This document shows positions 19,545-31,597 of a stretch of 64,000 nucleotides of DNA, in pieces. How positions within the stretch are numbered: position 1 is the stretch's first letter; each line of letters begins with the position of its first letter. Source of the stretch: Myxococcota bacterium (lineage in GTDB: Bacteria > Myxococcota_A > UBA796 > UBA2385); contig JBIJDH010000007.1 in the NCBI GenBank assembly GCA_044344255.1, positions 214,082-278,081 on the forward strand, written 5' to 3'. Below the pieces are notes generated by a model. That model was not told the DNA's origin. It made no database searches and saw nothing but the letters and a program-made list of their open reading frames with translations. The position numbers and the translations under genes are program-made.

Positions 19545-20312
19545 ATGTCGCTCGCCCTCGCCCTCTCGCTGCCCCTCGCGCTGTCCTCGGCCCGCGCCGA
19601 CGTGGCCGCTCAGCCCCGCGTCGCCGTCGTCGCGGTGAATCCCCGGGCCGGCGCAGAGGGTGTGCCGGTCGACACCATGCCCAGCATCGGCTTCGAGGCG
19701 ACCGTGGTGAGCGAGGTCACCGTCACCGTCGTCGCCGTCGAGAGCGGCGACATGCTGAAGACTGAGATCCTGCAGGTGCAGCCCGGGATCAACCTCGTCA
19801 CGATCGAGCCCGGCGCGGGCTTCGCGGCGGACACCGCGTACGAGATCTCGGCGAGCGCCCCGCTCATGGGTGACGTGGTCGTGGGCTTCACCACCGGCGC
19901 CGATGTCGCGGTTGAGGTGCCCGCGCCCGAGCTGCTCACCGACGAGACCCGCCCCCTCACCTACGACGGCGCCGCGAGCTCCGGCGCGCTCGACGTGTCG
20001 GTCGACCCCGACGCCACCTTCCCGGCCATGGTCGTCGTCACAGACGTGGCGTCTGGCGAGATCGTGGGGATCACCCTCCCGCTCGCGGGCCCCGCGAACA
20101 TCCGCGTGCGGGTCGAGGCCCCGGCCGACGCCAGGCCGGACGAGGTGTGCCTCCAGGCCACCGGCGTCGACCTCGCGGGGCGCGAGGCCGTCGGCGGCGA
20201 GCGCTGCTACGGGGTCGAGGCCCGCGCGTTGGGCTGCTCGTCGGCGCCGGGGTCGATGGCGGGCGTCGCGATGGGGATCTTGTTGGCGCGCGGGTTGGCG
20301 CGGCGGCGCTGA
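19545..20312 (+). CDS. surface protein with Ig-like domain and MYXO-CTERM-like tail
   Basis: Signal peptide; VNPRAGAEGVPVD...ADTAYEI; C-terminus GCSSAP-hydrophobic-RRR. Confidence 0.75.
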   Translation: MSLALALSLPLALSSARADVAAQPRVAVVAVNPRAGAEGVPVDTMPSIGFEATVVSEVTVTVVAVESGDMLKTEILQVQPGINLVTIEPGAGFAADTAYEISASAPLMGDVVVGFTTGADVAVEVPAPELLTDETRPLTYDGAASSGALDVSVDPDATFPAMVVVTDVASGEIVGITLPLAGPANIRVRVEAPADARPDEVCLQATGVDLAGREAVGGERCYGVEARALGCSSAPGSMAGVAMGILLARGLARRR

Positions 20313-20435
20313 CCGCGGGCGCGCCCCTGCACGTGGGGGCGGGCACCGGGTTTTTCAGGTTGACCGAGGCCATCTCGATCAGGGGGCAACCTCTCTCGGC
20401 GGCAGTTCCACTCCGGAATGCTACCCATCCATGCC

Positions 20436-20451
20436 TGGCACCAACTCTGCG
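20436..20451 (+). promoter_or_regulatory. possible sigma54 promoter
   Basis: TGGCACCAACTCTGCG, GG-N10-GC, about 77 nt before GTG 20528. Confidence 0.4.
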
Positions 20452-20527
20452 GAAATGCGACGGCGATTGTCCTGATCCCCGGTCGGGCGTGCGACACTCG
20501 GGGGTCTTCCGACCGGAGGGTCCAACT

Positions 20528-21799
20528 GTGTTCTTCGTGCGCCTCACCCGCCTTGCCTTCCTCGCTGCGCTCGTCGGGTGCGCGAACCGCCAGCCGGAAG
20601 GGGCCGTCCGGCTGGCGGATCTCGGACAGCTCGACATCCGCGGACCCGAGGGGGCCTGGGCGCCCGGCGTGGGAGCCGACTTGCTCCCCCTCGGCCGATG
20701 GATCGAGGTACAAGGCCAGATCGCCTTCACCTACGTGGACGCCGAGCAGGGGCCCTCCGCCGGCTGGGTGGACGGGAAGGGGTTCCACGTCTATCGGGTG
20801 AGTCAAGAGCCCGCGGGGGTGCGGGTTCTTGACGACGCGGCGCGTGTGGCCGCTGGGCTCCCGGAGGTGGCGCCGTGGCTCGGCACGTACGGCCCGCAAC
20901 CGACGCCGGGCACACGATGGGGCGCCTGGCGCGCGGATCCACGCTTCGCGGGACGCTTCCACCCCGAATACCCGGACGATCTGCGCGTCGTCGTCGGCGC
21001 CCAAACCTCGGACGGCTTTACGATCGAGGCGGTCTGGCTCTCTCTGCGTGACTGCTCCGCGACGAGTTGTCGTGGTGCGCTCCTCAACCAGCCGGACCAG
21101 GTTGCGCTCACCCGGGGGCAACAACTTGAGTTTGAGCTGGACGACCTGAAGGGCGGGGGGCTCCCGCCGGCGGTGCCGCTTGGCCAGGTGGTGCCGGAGC
21201 AGCTCGTCGCGCTTGCGGCGTCGGACACACTGGCGGGCAAGAAGCAGGACGCCACCACCTGGGAGGTCGACTACGAGCTCCCGGCGTCCGAACGGCTCAT
21301 CCCGATGAGCCAGTGGGTGTTGGTCGGCGAGGAGCTGGGGTTTGTCGCGCTCGGGCCGTTCGGCCCCGAAGCGTTGATGTTCACGGACGACGCGGTGCGG
21401 CGGCAGAGCCTCCTCTGGCGACCGCGCGCCATGCGGGCGCTGACCCAGGAGGAGCTGACCCGGTTGGGTCTCCCCAGTTCCCCGCTCCAGGACCCTACCG
21501 GGCAGCCCGCGCCGAGCCCCTGGGGGGAATGGCGCCTCGATCCCCGGCTCACGTCACTCCTGGACCCAGCTGACCCGGATGTGCTCTACGTCCACCTGGC
21601 CGCGCCGGGAGCGGGCCGCGACACCATGGCGCCGCTCGTTCACGTGATGATCCGAAGCTGCACCCGGGACTCTTGCCAGGCTGTCCTGCTCGCTGACGCG
21701 CCTGGCACCGGGCTCGGGAAGGGTGACACGGTGGGGTTCGGGTTGGACTTAGTCGTTGGGGGAGCCCCCGTGGTGGTGCTCCCGCCGCCCGGGCGGTGA
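20528..21799 (+). CDS. lipoprotein with an internally duplicated module
   Basis: Lipobox LVGC; WGAWRADPRF...CSATSCRGALL and WGEWRLDPRL...CTRDSCQAVLL; GGAGG before GTG. Confidence 0.75.
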   Translation: MFFVRLTRLAFLAALVGCANRQPEGAVRLADLGQLDIRGPEGAWAPGVGADLLPLGRWIEVQGQIAFTYVDAEQGPSAGWVDGKGFHVYRVSQEPAGVRVLDDAARVAAGLPEVAPWLGTYGPQPTPGTRWGAWRADPRFAGRFHPEYPDDLRVVVGAQTSDGFTIEAVWLSLRDCSATSCRGALLNQPDQVALTRGQQLEFELDDLKGGGLPPAVPLGQVVPEQLVALAASDTLAGKKQDATTWEVDYELPASERLIPMSQWVLVGEELGFVALGPFGPEALMFTDDAVRRQSLLWRPRAMRALTQEELTRLGLPSSPLQDPTGQPAPSPWGEWRLDPRLTSLLDPADPDVLYVHLAAPGAGRDTMAPLVHVMIRSCTRDSCQAVLLADAPGTGLGKGDTVGFGLDLVVGGAPVVVLPPPGR

Positions 21800-22013
21800 A
21801 CCGCCGGACGCCTGACTCGGGCGCGCCTGGCGGTGGACCTGCGGGGTGAAGGCGGTCCAACGCCGGGATTCGGGGCGTTTCCCATCCCACCCACGTCGAC
21901 CGGGTGCGTCCGCCCGCGCAACGTGCTCGGATGGCCCGCGCCCTGCGATCGTGGCCGCGTGGGAGCGCTCCAGGTGGGCGGCGATGTCGGGAGGGTAGAG
22001 GGGAATCGGGTGC

Positions 22014-22481
22014 TCATCGGTTTGGTGAGGAGGCATTCACCGAGATGCAGGCGATGTCGATGAGATCGCGCATCATCTCCTCCTGCCAGGAGACATGGAG
22101 CGACAGCTCCGGCTCGTCGATGAGGATCAGGCTGTGGGCGGCCACATCGAAGAGCAGCTCGTGGAGGAGCACCAGCTCGTGTTGCTCTCCCGACGAGAGG
22201 CAGGACAGGGGCAGGGGGCCGCCGGCGGCCGTCACCGCCCGGTAGCCGGCCTCCACGTCGAGCTTCACGACCTTCGGCGCCAGCTTGTGGTTGAGGCTCT
22301 TGAGCAGGCGCTCGGAGCGCGCCACCACGGGCTCAAAGGGTTGCAGCTTCTGCTCGCGGTCGCCGAGGATGACGGCGAAGGTGCCCCGCTGGGTGGCGTC
22401 GAGCTCGCCATTGTCGAGGGGCGGGGGAAGCTCCCGAATGAGCCCCAGCGCCACGAGCCGCTCCTCCCGCTCCCGCATCAA
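22014..22481 (-). pseudogene. internal fragment of an ABC/AAA_21-type ATPase
   Basis: LSSGEQH and LILIDEPELSLHVSWQ present; Walker A and the C-terminal H-loop absent. Confidence 0.75.
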
Positions 22482-22484
22482 CGG

Positions 22485-23543
22485 TTACGCTGTCGGCCCC
22501 GCGTCGAGGGGTGCGCTGGTGCCGATCCAGGCGCCCTCGGCGGTGAGCTCGAGGCGTGCGGGGGCCAGGAGGAGAAGGCTCCGCTCCTGTCCAGTGATGA
22601 CCGGAAAACCATAGGATAACGATGTGTGCTTCGTGTCTTTGCCCGCGGCCACTCGCGCCTCGATAAAGGCTCGATGAGCGGCGAGGCGCTCGGCGCCGCG
22701 GGCTCGGCCGACCTGGACAGACGCCCGAAGGGTGGTGTCGATCACCGCCCGGAGCGCGGGGGTCCGATCGTATCCCACGCTGTTGCGCGCCGCCGAGAAC
22801 GCAGCGGCCATCGTCGTGCCCGTGCCGACGAAGGGATCGAGCACCGTGTCCCCCTGGAGAGAGTACATGTTCACGAGTCGGTAGGGCAGCTCGAAGGGGA
22901 AGGCGGCGCTGCGTGCGCGGAGCCCATCCTGGGCGAGGCGCTGGCCGGCGCCCTTGAGGTCGCTCCACACATCCGAGAACCAGGCGTTCCGCTCCTCCCA
23001 GAAGTAGGCCGACGCGGCCCGGGTGGCCTTCTCGGCGGCGTTGAAGGTGCGCTTGCCGCCCTTTCGGAAGACCAGGATGTATTCGTGCTCGTAGGTGACG
23101 TAGGCCCCCGCCGGGAGCATCCCCGAGCCCATGAATTTGTTGGGAGCGTTCGTCGGCTTTCGCCACAGGATGTCGGGGAGCGGCGTCAGCCCCAGGCGCA
23201 TCATCGCGGTGATGACCCGGGCGTGGTTGGGGTACAGGCAGAACTCCCCCCCGACGCTGCGGGTCGCGTCGCCGATGTTGATGCAGGCCATGCCCCCCGG
23301 CACCAGCACGCGCCGACACTCGGCCCAGACCGCGTCGAGCGCGGTGTGCATCGCCTCGAAGGCCTCCGCGCCCCGCTCGGCGGCGAGGTGGTCGGCCACG
23401 GTCGGCACCAGCTCGGCGAAGACGCCGTCCCACATCTCGATCATCGGGTAGGGCGGCGAGGTGACCACGAGGTGCACCGACGCGTCCCGGATCGCCGACA
23501 TCTCTCGGGCATCGCCGATGTGCAGGGTGTGCGTGGTCTTCAC
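22485..23543 (-). CDS. site-specific DNA methyltransferase, beta class, probably N4-cytosine
   Basis: VVTSPPY precedes VLDPFVGTGTT. Confidence 0.92.
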   Translation of the reverse strand: MKTTHTLHIGDAREMSAIRDASVHLVVTSPPYPMIEMWDGVFAELVPTVADHLAAERGAEAFEAMHTALDAVWAECRRVLVPGGMACINIGDATRSVGGEFCLYPNHARVITAMMRLGLTPLPDILWRKPTNAPNKFMGSGMLPAGAYVTYEHEYILVFRKGGKRTFNAAEKATRAASAYFWEERNAWFSDVWSDLKGAGQRLAQDGLRARSAAFPFELPYRLVNMYSLQGDTVLDPFVGTGTTMAAAFSAARNSVGYDRTPALRAVIDTTLRASVQVGRARGAERLAAHRAFIEARVAAGKDTKHTSLSYGFPVITGQERSLLLLAPARLELTAEGAWIGTSAPLDAGPTA

Positions 23544-23763
23544 GGGCTCTCCAGACGCGGCGATGGGTCATGCGAAGCGTCAGGTCTATGCGGTTGAGGG
23601 GCAGCTTCCCACCTCGCCGCCGCGCCCAGACGTGCAGCGGCCGCGTCGCGGGGACTGGACGCGGGAACACGCAGGGTATGACCGTTCCCAGGAATATAGG
23701 AGGTTCCTGTATTTTTTTCGACCCCGCGGCGAGGCCTGAGGTAGGTGCGGGCAGGAGGTGACC

Positions 23764-24351
23764 ATGCGGTTCACCCTGGTGTGGATTTTTATCGCGGGAT
23801 GCGCCAGAGGGCAGATCACGAGCGACCAGGAGGCCGAGTGGGCCTGGATGGGGCTCGAGGGCGCCGTGGACCAGGCGCTGACGCTCGGACTTCAGGGATA
23901 CAGCGAGGCCGGCTCGGCGAACATCGCCGCCCAAAGCGGCACCGGGGACGTGAGCGGCACGATCACCGTGACCGGCCAGGCCGATCAGGGGAGCTCGGAC
24001 AACAAGGGCCTCCGGCTGGACATCGCGCTGGTGGGCTACCGGGACCGCGTCGACCTGAACGAGGACGGCGACGAGGACCTCGCGGTGACCTACGACACGC
24101 CGGAGGGCGCAGATCTGCTCGCCGACCTCAAGCTGCGCGACCAGCCGGATGGCACGCTCTCCGGCACCGTCACGCGGGACGTGGAGATGATCGGTGACCT
24201 GGAGGGCGCGATCCGGCTCGCGCTGGACATCGACGGGCCCACCGAGTCCGACGGAGGGGAAGGCGTGATGCTCGTAGACGGCGAGACCCACGTCTCGGGC
24301 ACCGCCACCAACGAAGGCGGCGGTGTGTTCGAGGTGGACGTCACCCGCTGA
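23764..24351 (+). CDS. hypothetical acidic, beta-rich lipoprotein
   Basis: AGGAGG RBS, lipobox IAGC. Confidence 0.75.
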   Translation: MRFTLVWIFIAGCARGQITSDQEAEWAWMGLEGAVDQALTLGLQGYSEAGSANIAAQSGTGDVSGTITVTGQADQGSSDNKGLRLDIALVGYRDRVDLNEDGDEDLAVTYDTPEGADLLADLKLRDQPDGTLSGTVTRDVEMIGDLEGAIRLALDIDGPTESDGGEGVMLVDGETHVSGTATNEGGGVFEVDVTR

Positions 24352-24588
24352 GCGGCGGCGGCCGCCCTCAAGGGGGGCGGCCGGGCGCACCCATCACATT
24401 CGGTGGATGGTATTTCCAAGCGTGTGAATGAGAATGGAGCGTCTCTCCTGAAACGCAAACGGCAGGTCTTGTCTGTCGGTGTCCAGGAGTCGACGGCCGG
24501 CCGGCGCTGCGACACCTTGCCTCAGGGCGGCTGCGCGGGGGGCTTGCTAGAAAGCGTCGCTCTTTACGCTCTCTACGGGGTCCCCACC

Positions 24589-27015
24589 ATGCGCGCTCTC
24601 CTCACTGTCCTCCTGCTGCTCGCCGCTTGCGCTGACAAGGGAGGGGCAGCGGCTCCCGCAGGCGAGGGCGAGGGCGAGGGAGAGGGAGAAGGGGAGGGCG
24701 AAGGCGAGGGCGAAGGCGAGGTCGTGGGCGTGACGCTCCGCCGCACGACCCACGGCGTGGTGCACGTCACCGCCGATGACCTTCACGGCGTCGGTTATGG
24801 CGTCGGCTACGCCTACGCAGAAGACAACGCCTGCCTGCTCGCCTGGCGGGTGGCCGAGGTCTCCGGGCGCCTCTCGGCCCACCTCGGCGCCGACGGCGAG
24901 ACCAGCCTGCCCGTGCACGGGGTCACCTGGTCCGCCCTCGAGTCGGACCGCTTCTTCCTCGGTTGGCTCGACGACGGCGCGATTGAAGCGGGCTTCGCCG
25001 CCGGCTCCGCTGAGGTGCGTGACCTCGCCCAGGGCTACGCGGCGGGCATTAATCGCGCCTTCGCCGACCACCCCACCCGCGACGCCTGCGCGGTGGCCAT
25101 GGAGGGTGAGGTCACGGTCTCGCAGGTCTATCGGATGTGGGTGGCCACCGCGCTCGTGGCCAGCGGGGAGGTCCTCGCGCCCTACATCGCGACGGAGGCC
25201 CCAGCGAGCGCGGCGCGGGAGGCGGCGATGCGCCCCGCCGCACGTCCACCAGGCCGATCCGGGGCCACGAGCCCGGCGGAGGGCCCTCTCCGCGCCCTCC
25301 CTCCCTTTGGGAGCAACGCCTGGGCCATCGGGCGCGAGGGCGCGCAGGACGGCTACGGGCTGCACCTCTACAACCCCCACTTCCCTTGGACGGGCATCCA
25401 CCGGGTCTACATGGTCCATCTGACCATCCCCGGTGAGCTCGACGTGATGGGACCCGTCCTCGGGGGGCTGCCCTTGCCCGCCGCCGGCTTCAACGCCCAC
25501 GCGGTGTGGGGCCTCACCTTCTCCACCGCCGCGCGCTTCACCCTCTCCGAGCTGGCGCTGGTGGAGGGTGACCCGCTGCACTACTCCGTCGACGGGGAGA
25601 CTCGCGCGATCAGCGAGGAGCGCTTCAGCGTCGAGGTCTTGGGAGAAGACAGCCCCCGCGAGGTCTCTTTCTTTCGGGCCGAGGACGGGCCGATCCTCGA
25701 CGCCCCTGGCTTCTCACTCGGCTGGTCGGGTACCGCGGCCTTCGCCGCCCATGACATCAACCAGGACAACACCCGCTTCGTGGAGCAGCTCCTCGGCCTC
25801 GCGCGGGCCGGCTCTGTCGCAGAGGCCCGCGCCAGCCTGGAGGCGGTCCAGGGGCTGCCGTGGTCCTATACGATCGCGGTGGATGAAGCCGGAGACGTGC
25901 TGTTCGGCGACCTGTCCAACGTGCCGGCCGTCTCGGCCGCCCTGCTCGCGGACTGCAACGGCTCGGAGACGGCCGAGGCCGTGCGGCCCTATGGCATCCT
26001 GGTCCTCGACGGCAGCCGGGGCGCCTGCACCTGGGAGGGGGCGATGCCGGCGAGCGAGCTCCCGGCCACCCTCCGCGCCGATTACGTGGCCAACAGCAAC
26101 AACACCTACGACACCCCCAACCTCGCCGCGCCCCTGCTCGGCTACTCGGGGGTGCTCGGCGCCGAGGGGGAGCCTCTGGCGCTGCGCCCCAGCCTGGGTC
26201 TGCGGATGATCGAGGCGCGCCTGTCCGGCGCCGACGGCCTCGGCGAGCCGGGCTTCACCGCGGCGCTGGCCGAGGCGGTCTTTCATCAGGAGCGGGGGCT
26301 CGCGGCTGAGCTCCTCGCCGGGCCGATCGCCGAGGACTGCCTGCTCGATCCGACTGGCGAGTGGGACGGCGTGGCGGTCGACCTCAGGGCGGTCTGTGAG
26401 GCCCTCGCCGAGTGGGATGGGCGCTACGAAGTGGAGAGCGTGGGCGCGCTGGTCTTTGACGGTCTCTGGGCCGCCCGGACAGAGGAGGGAGATCCCTCCG
26501 AGCTCTTCGCGACCCCCGCCGACTGGGCCGACCCTCTCGGCACCCCCGCTGGTTACACCGAGAGCGCGCTCCAGCGGGGGCGCGTGCGGGAGGCGCTGGC
26601 CCGGGTGGCGCTGGCCCTCGACGACGCGGGATGGTCTGCTGACAGCCCGTGGGGAGCCGCCCACGCGATCGAGGGGCCTGCAGGCACCGTCGGCGTCCCC
26701 GGGGGCTCGGGCGCGCAGGGCGTCTTCGACGTGCTGGAGAGCGAGCAGGGCTTCGGGACCTGGCGCGGCTGGACGGGGGCCCTCGGCGGCACCGCCCCCG
26801 AGCACCTCTTCGGGGCGAGCTACGTCCACGTTGTCCGCCTGGGCCCCGATGGCCCTGAGGCGTCGGGGCTCCTCACCTACAGCCAGGCCACCGAGCCGAG
26901 CTCCCCCTGGTACCTCGACCAGCTCGAGCTCCTGTCCGCCAGCGAATGGTTCGCCTTCCCCTTCACCGAGGCCGACATCGCCGCCGATCCGGCGCTGGTG
27001 GAGATCACGCTCTGA
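24589..27015 (+). CDS. penicillin acylase family Ntn-hydrolase (PvdQ/QuiP-like) lipoprotein
   Basis: Lipobox LAAC, GE linker, GVVHVTA, GYAYAED, nucleophile GSNAWAIG, NPHFPW, LLTYSQA. Confidence 0.9.
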   Translation: MRALLTVLLLLAACADKGGAAAPAGEGEGEGEGEGEGEGEGEGEVVGVTLRRTTHGVVHVTADDLHGVGYGVGYAYAEDNACLLAWRVAEVSGRLSAHLGADGETSLPVHGVTWSALESDRFFLGWLDDGAIEAGFAAGSAEVRDLAQGYAAGINRAFADHPTRDACAVAMEGEVTVSQVYRMWVATALVASGEVLAPYIATEAPASAAREAAMRPAARPPGRSGATSPAEGPLRALPPFGSNAWAIGREGAQDGYGLHLYNPHFPWTGIHRVYMVHLTIPGELDVMGPVLGGLPLPAAGFNAHAVWGLTFSTAARFTLSELALVEGDPLHYSVDGETRAISEERFSVEVLGEDSPREVSFFRAEDGPILDAPGFSLGWSGTAAFAAHDINQDNTRFVEQLLGLARAGSVAEARASLEAVQGLPWSYTIAVDEAGDVLFGDLSNVPAVSAALLADCNGSETAEAVRPYGILVLDGSRGACTWEGAMPASELPATLRADYVANSNNTYDTPNLAAPLLGYSGVLGAEGEPLALRPSLGLRMIEARLSGADGLGEPGFTAALAEAVFHQERGLAAELLAGPIAEDCLLDPTGEWDGVAVDLRAVCEALAEWDGRYEVESVGALVFDGLWAARTEEGDPSELFATPADWADPLGTPAGYTESALQRGRVREALARVALALDDAGWSADSPWGAAHAIEGPAGTVGVPGGSGAQGVFDVLESEQGFGTWRGWTGALGGTAPEHLFGASYVHVVRLGPDGPEASGLLTYSQATEPSSPWYLDQLELLSASEWFAFPFTEADIAADPALVEITL
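24661..24720 (+). repeat. (Gly-Glu)10 coding hexamer repeat
   Basis: ggcgag/ggagag/ggcgaa repeats after the lipobox. Confidence 0.85.
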
Positions 27016-27081
27016 TCGCAGGGCCGATCTTCACCGCCCCGCTCGGAGTCCGCTACCCGCCTGCGCCGGGTGAGCGGCCGG

Positions 27082-27747
27082 TCAGAGGTCCCGACAGGTG
27101 TACATCCCCGTGATGCCGCCCCGATAGACCGTGATCGTGTCGCCTGTGTCCATTCGTCTCCAGGCTGCCTCGTCGGAGACGACGCAGTCGTTGTCTTTGT
27201 CCCCCTTGGGCTTGAAGCGCAGGGACAGCGCCTGGCGCCGGCTGGCCTCCCGCTGGCAGCCCACCTCCATGCAGGAGTCGGCCTCGAAGTCGGGCCAGCG
27301 GGGCGCCTTGTCGTCACCCTCGAGCTTCTGGGCCGGGCCCCGCCGCCACTCCAGCGCCTCGTAGGTGCACCACTCGGCGACGATCTCCTTCGTGCGCGAG
27401 CCGCTCCGCTCCTCGCTGCGGGTGCGCTCCTCTCGGCGCAGCACGCGGGCCTCGCGGGGGACGTCGGCGCACCAGTCCTCCTCCTTCACCCGGACCCGCT
27501 CCGAGATCTCGATCGTCCGCTCCCAGTGGTGCCCCTTCACCGTGGCCTTTACGGTGTCGGCGGTGGCCTGGTCGAGGCCGAAGAAGCCGAGGATCGCCAT
27601 CACCACCGTCGACAGACAGCCGAGGACGGCGACGGCCGCCAACGCGGCGGTGAGGCCGAGCGCGATGACGGCAAACAGCTTGAGGCTCAGCACAAAGAGC
27701 TTCGGCTTGAGGAGGAGGGAGGGTGGGGAATAGGCGCTGATGGGCAT
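27082..27747 (-). CDS. hypothetical membrane-anchored protein
   Basis: N-terminal hydrophobic segments, HHWERTIEI, WCTYEALEW; GC-rich third positions. Confidence 0.65.
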   Translation of the reverse strand: MPISAYSPPSLLLKPKLFVLSLKLFAVIALGLTAALAAVAVLGCLSTVVMAILGFFGLDQATADTVKATVKGHHWERTIEISERVRVKEEDWCADVPREARVLRREERTRSEERSGSRTKEIVAEWCTYEALEWRRGPAQKLEGDDKAPRWPDFEADSCMEVGCQREASRRQALSLRFKPKGDKDNDCVVSDEAAWRRMDTGDTITVYRGGITGMYTCRDL

Positions 27748-27810
27748 CGGGACCTCGGTCCCGGTCGGCTAACCGCGGCGCCGCGGGGGTGGGCTGATCT
27801 TGCCACTTAG

Positions 27811-27858
27811 CCCCCCCCCTGGCTTTCCCCCCTGGCACCCCCCTGGCACCCCCCTGGC
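27811..27858 (-). repeat. four G-tracts (potential G-quadruplex) after the katG stop
   Basis: Minus strand reads G6-TGCCA-G6-TGCCA-G6-AAAGCCA-G9. Confidence 0.75.
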
Positions 27859-27864
27859 CGCGGC

Positions 27865-30294
<2,430 letters not shown>

Positions 30295-30411
30295 TCAAGT
30301 GCCACTCCATCTGCAGCCGCTGCCCCTGGAAGCGGAGCGGCGTCAGGGCGAAGATGGTGTCGGTGAACGCATAGAGGGCGTTGTCCTTCACGTCGGGCAT
30401 GAGCGCGGTGG

Positions 30412-31028
30412 TCACCACCGCCCGCCCGCAGCGCCTTGATGGCGGAGGCGGGGTCGATGCTCGACCGGCCGAGCGTCTTCCGGACCTCGGCCTCGAGGTG
30501 CGGCCCGAGGAGCTGGACGCGCTGGGCGAGGCTTCCGGCCTCCTTCGTGGGGGCCGCCGGGCTCTTCGAGCGCGGCGCGCCACTCGGGGGCGCAGCTCCA
30601 CCCGCATGAGCGAGTCCAGGCCGAGGGCGTCGAAGGCCTTGCGGTCGGGGATGTCGCCGGCGCTCGAGCCGAACACCGCGGCCAGCTCCCCGGTGACCAG
30701 GGCCTGCGCCGCCGCGGCTTGCTCCGCGGGTAGGAGCCCGCGCAGGGCGGCCAGCATGGGGTGCAGGGCCTCGCCCGGGGCGACCGCCTGCAGGTCGAGG
30801 GCGGCGGGGATGAGGTTCGCGGCGGGGTGGGCTCGGGCGGATAGGCCGGGACGGAGATCAAGCCACCGTGGAGGCAGGCCCAGAAGGCGTCGACGAACTC
30901 GAGCCGAACTCGAGCCCCGCTGCGCAGAGGATCAACACCCGCGCGCCCGCAAACACCTCATCGGGCCGCTCTCCCGCCAGCGAGGCCAGTCGGTATAGCA
31001 GGGTCTCACTGTGCGCGGTCGATGCCAT
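30412..31028 (-). pseudogene. collapsed PKS / acyl-AMP ligase remnant with an ACP fragment
   Basis: ELAAVFG...AFDALGLDSLMRVELR (phosphopantetheine site) with a frameshift right after it; upstream piece SETLLYRLASLAGERPDE resembles an adenylation-enzyme N-terminus. Confidence 0.6.
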
Positions 31029-31089
31029 CGGGAGGGACCTCAAGGAGGGGGGGGCGAGGCGAGCCGCAGGGGTCCGCTTTGGGGGCGGA

Positions 31090-31286
31090 GGCTATCCTGC
31101 CTCGTTCCCCAGACGGCGGTGTTCGGGACCATCCTCGCCACCGCCTACCTCGGCGGCGCGGCGGCCACGCATGTGTCGGCGCAAGAGGCCTTCGTCGCCC
31201 CGGTCGTGGTCGCGGTCCTCCTCTGGACGGGCATCGGGCTGCGTGACGCGCGCCTCCGCGCCCTGCTGCCCCTCCGCCGGAGCTGA
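31090..31286 (+). pseudogene. C-terminal half of a DoxX-like membrane protein
   Basis: PQTAVFGTILATAYLGGAAATHV...LLWTGIGLRDARLRALLP; no matching N-terminus. Confidence 0.7.
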
Positions 31287-31346
31287 GGCGGCGGCCGGGA
31301 GCCGCGCCCGTTGGCCTCCCCGGAGGCCTTCGGTTATCGCTGGACC

Positions 31347-31420
31347 GGACCAGTGGCGAAACGGTAAACGCGCCGGATTTAAAATCAGGTTCTTTGTGGG
31401 TTCGACTCCCATCTGGTCTA
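31347..31420 (+). tRNA. tRNA-Leu(UAA), short variable arm, no encoded CCA
   Basis: Acceptor GGACCAG/CTGGTCT + A; D-stem GCG/CGC; anticodon arm CCGGA-TTTAAAA-TCAGG (one mismatch); T-arm GTGGG-TTCGACT-CCCAT. Confidence 0.8.
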
Positions 31421-31597
31421 CTCTGTCTCTCCCGCGACGTGCTCGCCGAGCTCCAGCGGCGCCGGCTCATCGACAACCAGGACGCGGTGCTCCGGCTCAT
31501 CGAGGCCAGCCGGTACCTCCCGACTCGCGCCGCACCGCGGCGGTGGCCGGGTTTGGGCTGAACGAGGGGGGCCAGCTCGCTCCGCCGCCCTGTCGAG

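Noticed and set aside
27833..27848. sigma54 promoter TGGCAC-CCCCC-TGGCA
   Set aside because: Produced by the 11-bp repeat, has a poor -12 box and points antisense into katG.
31300..31450. Prophage or integrative element at the tRNA
   Set aside because: No integrase and no duplicate of the tRNA 3' end seen in the window.
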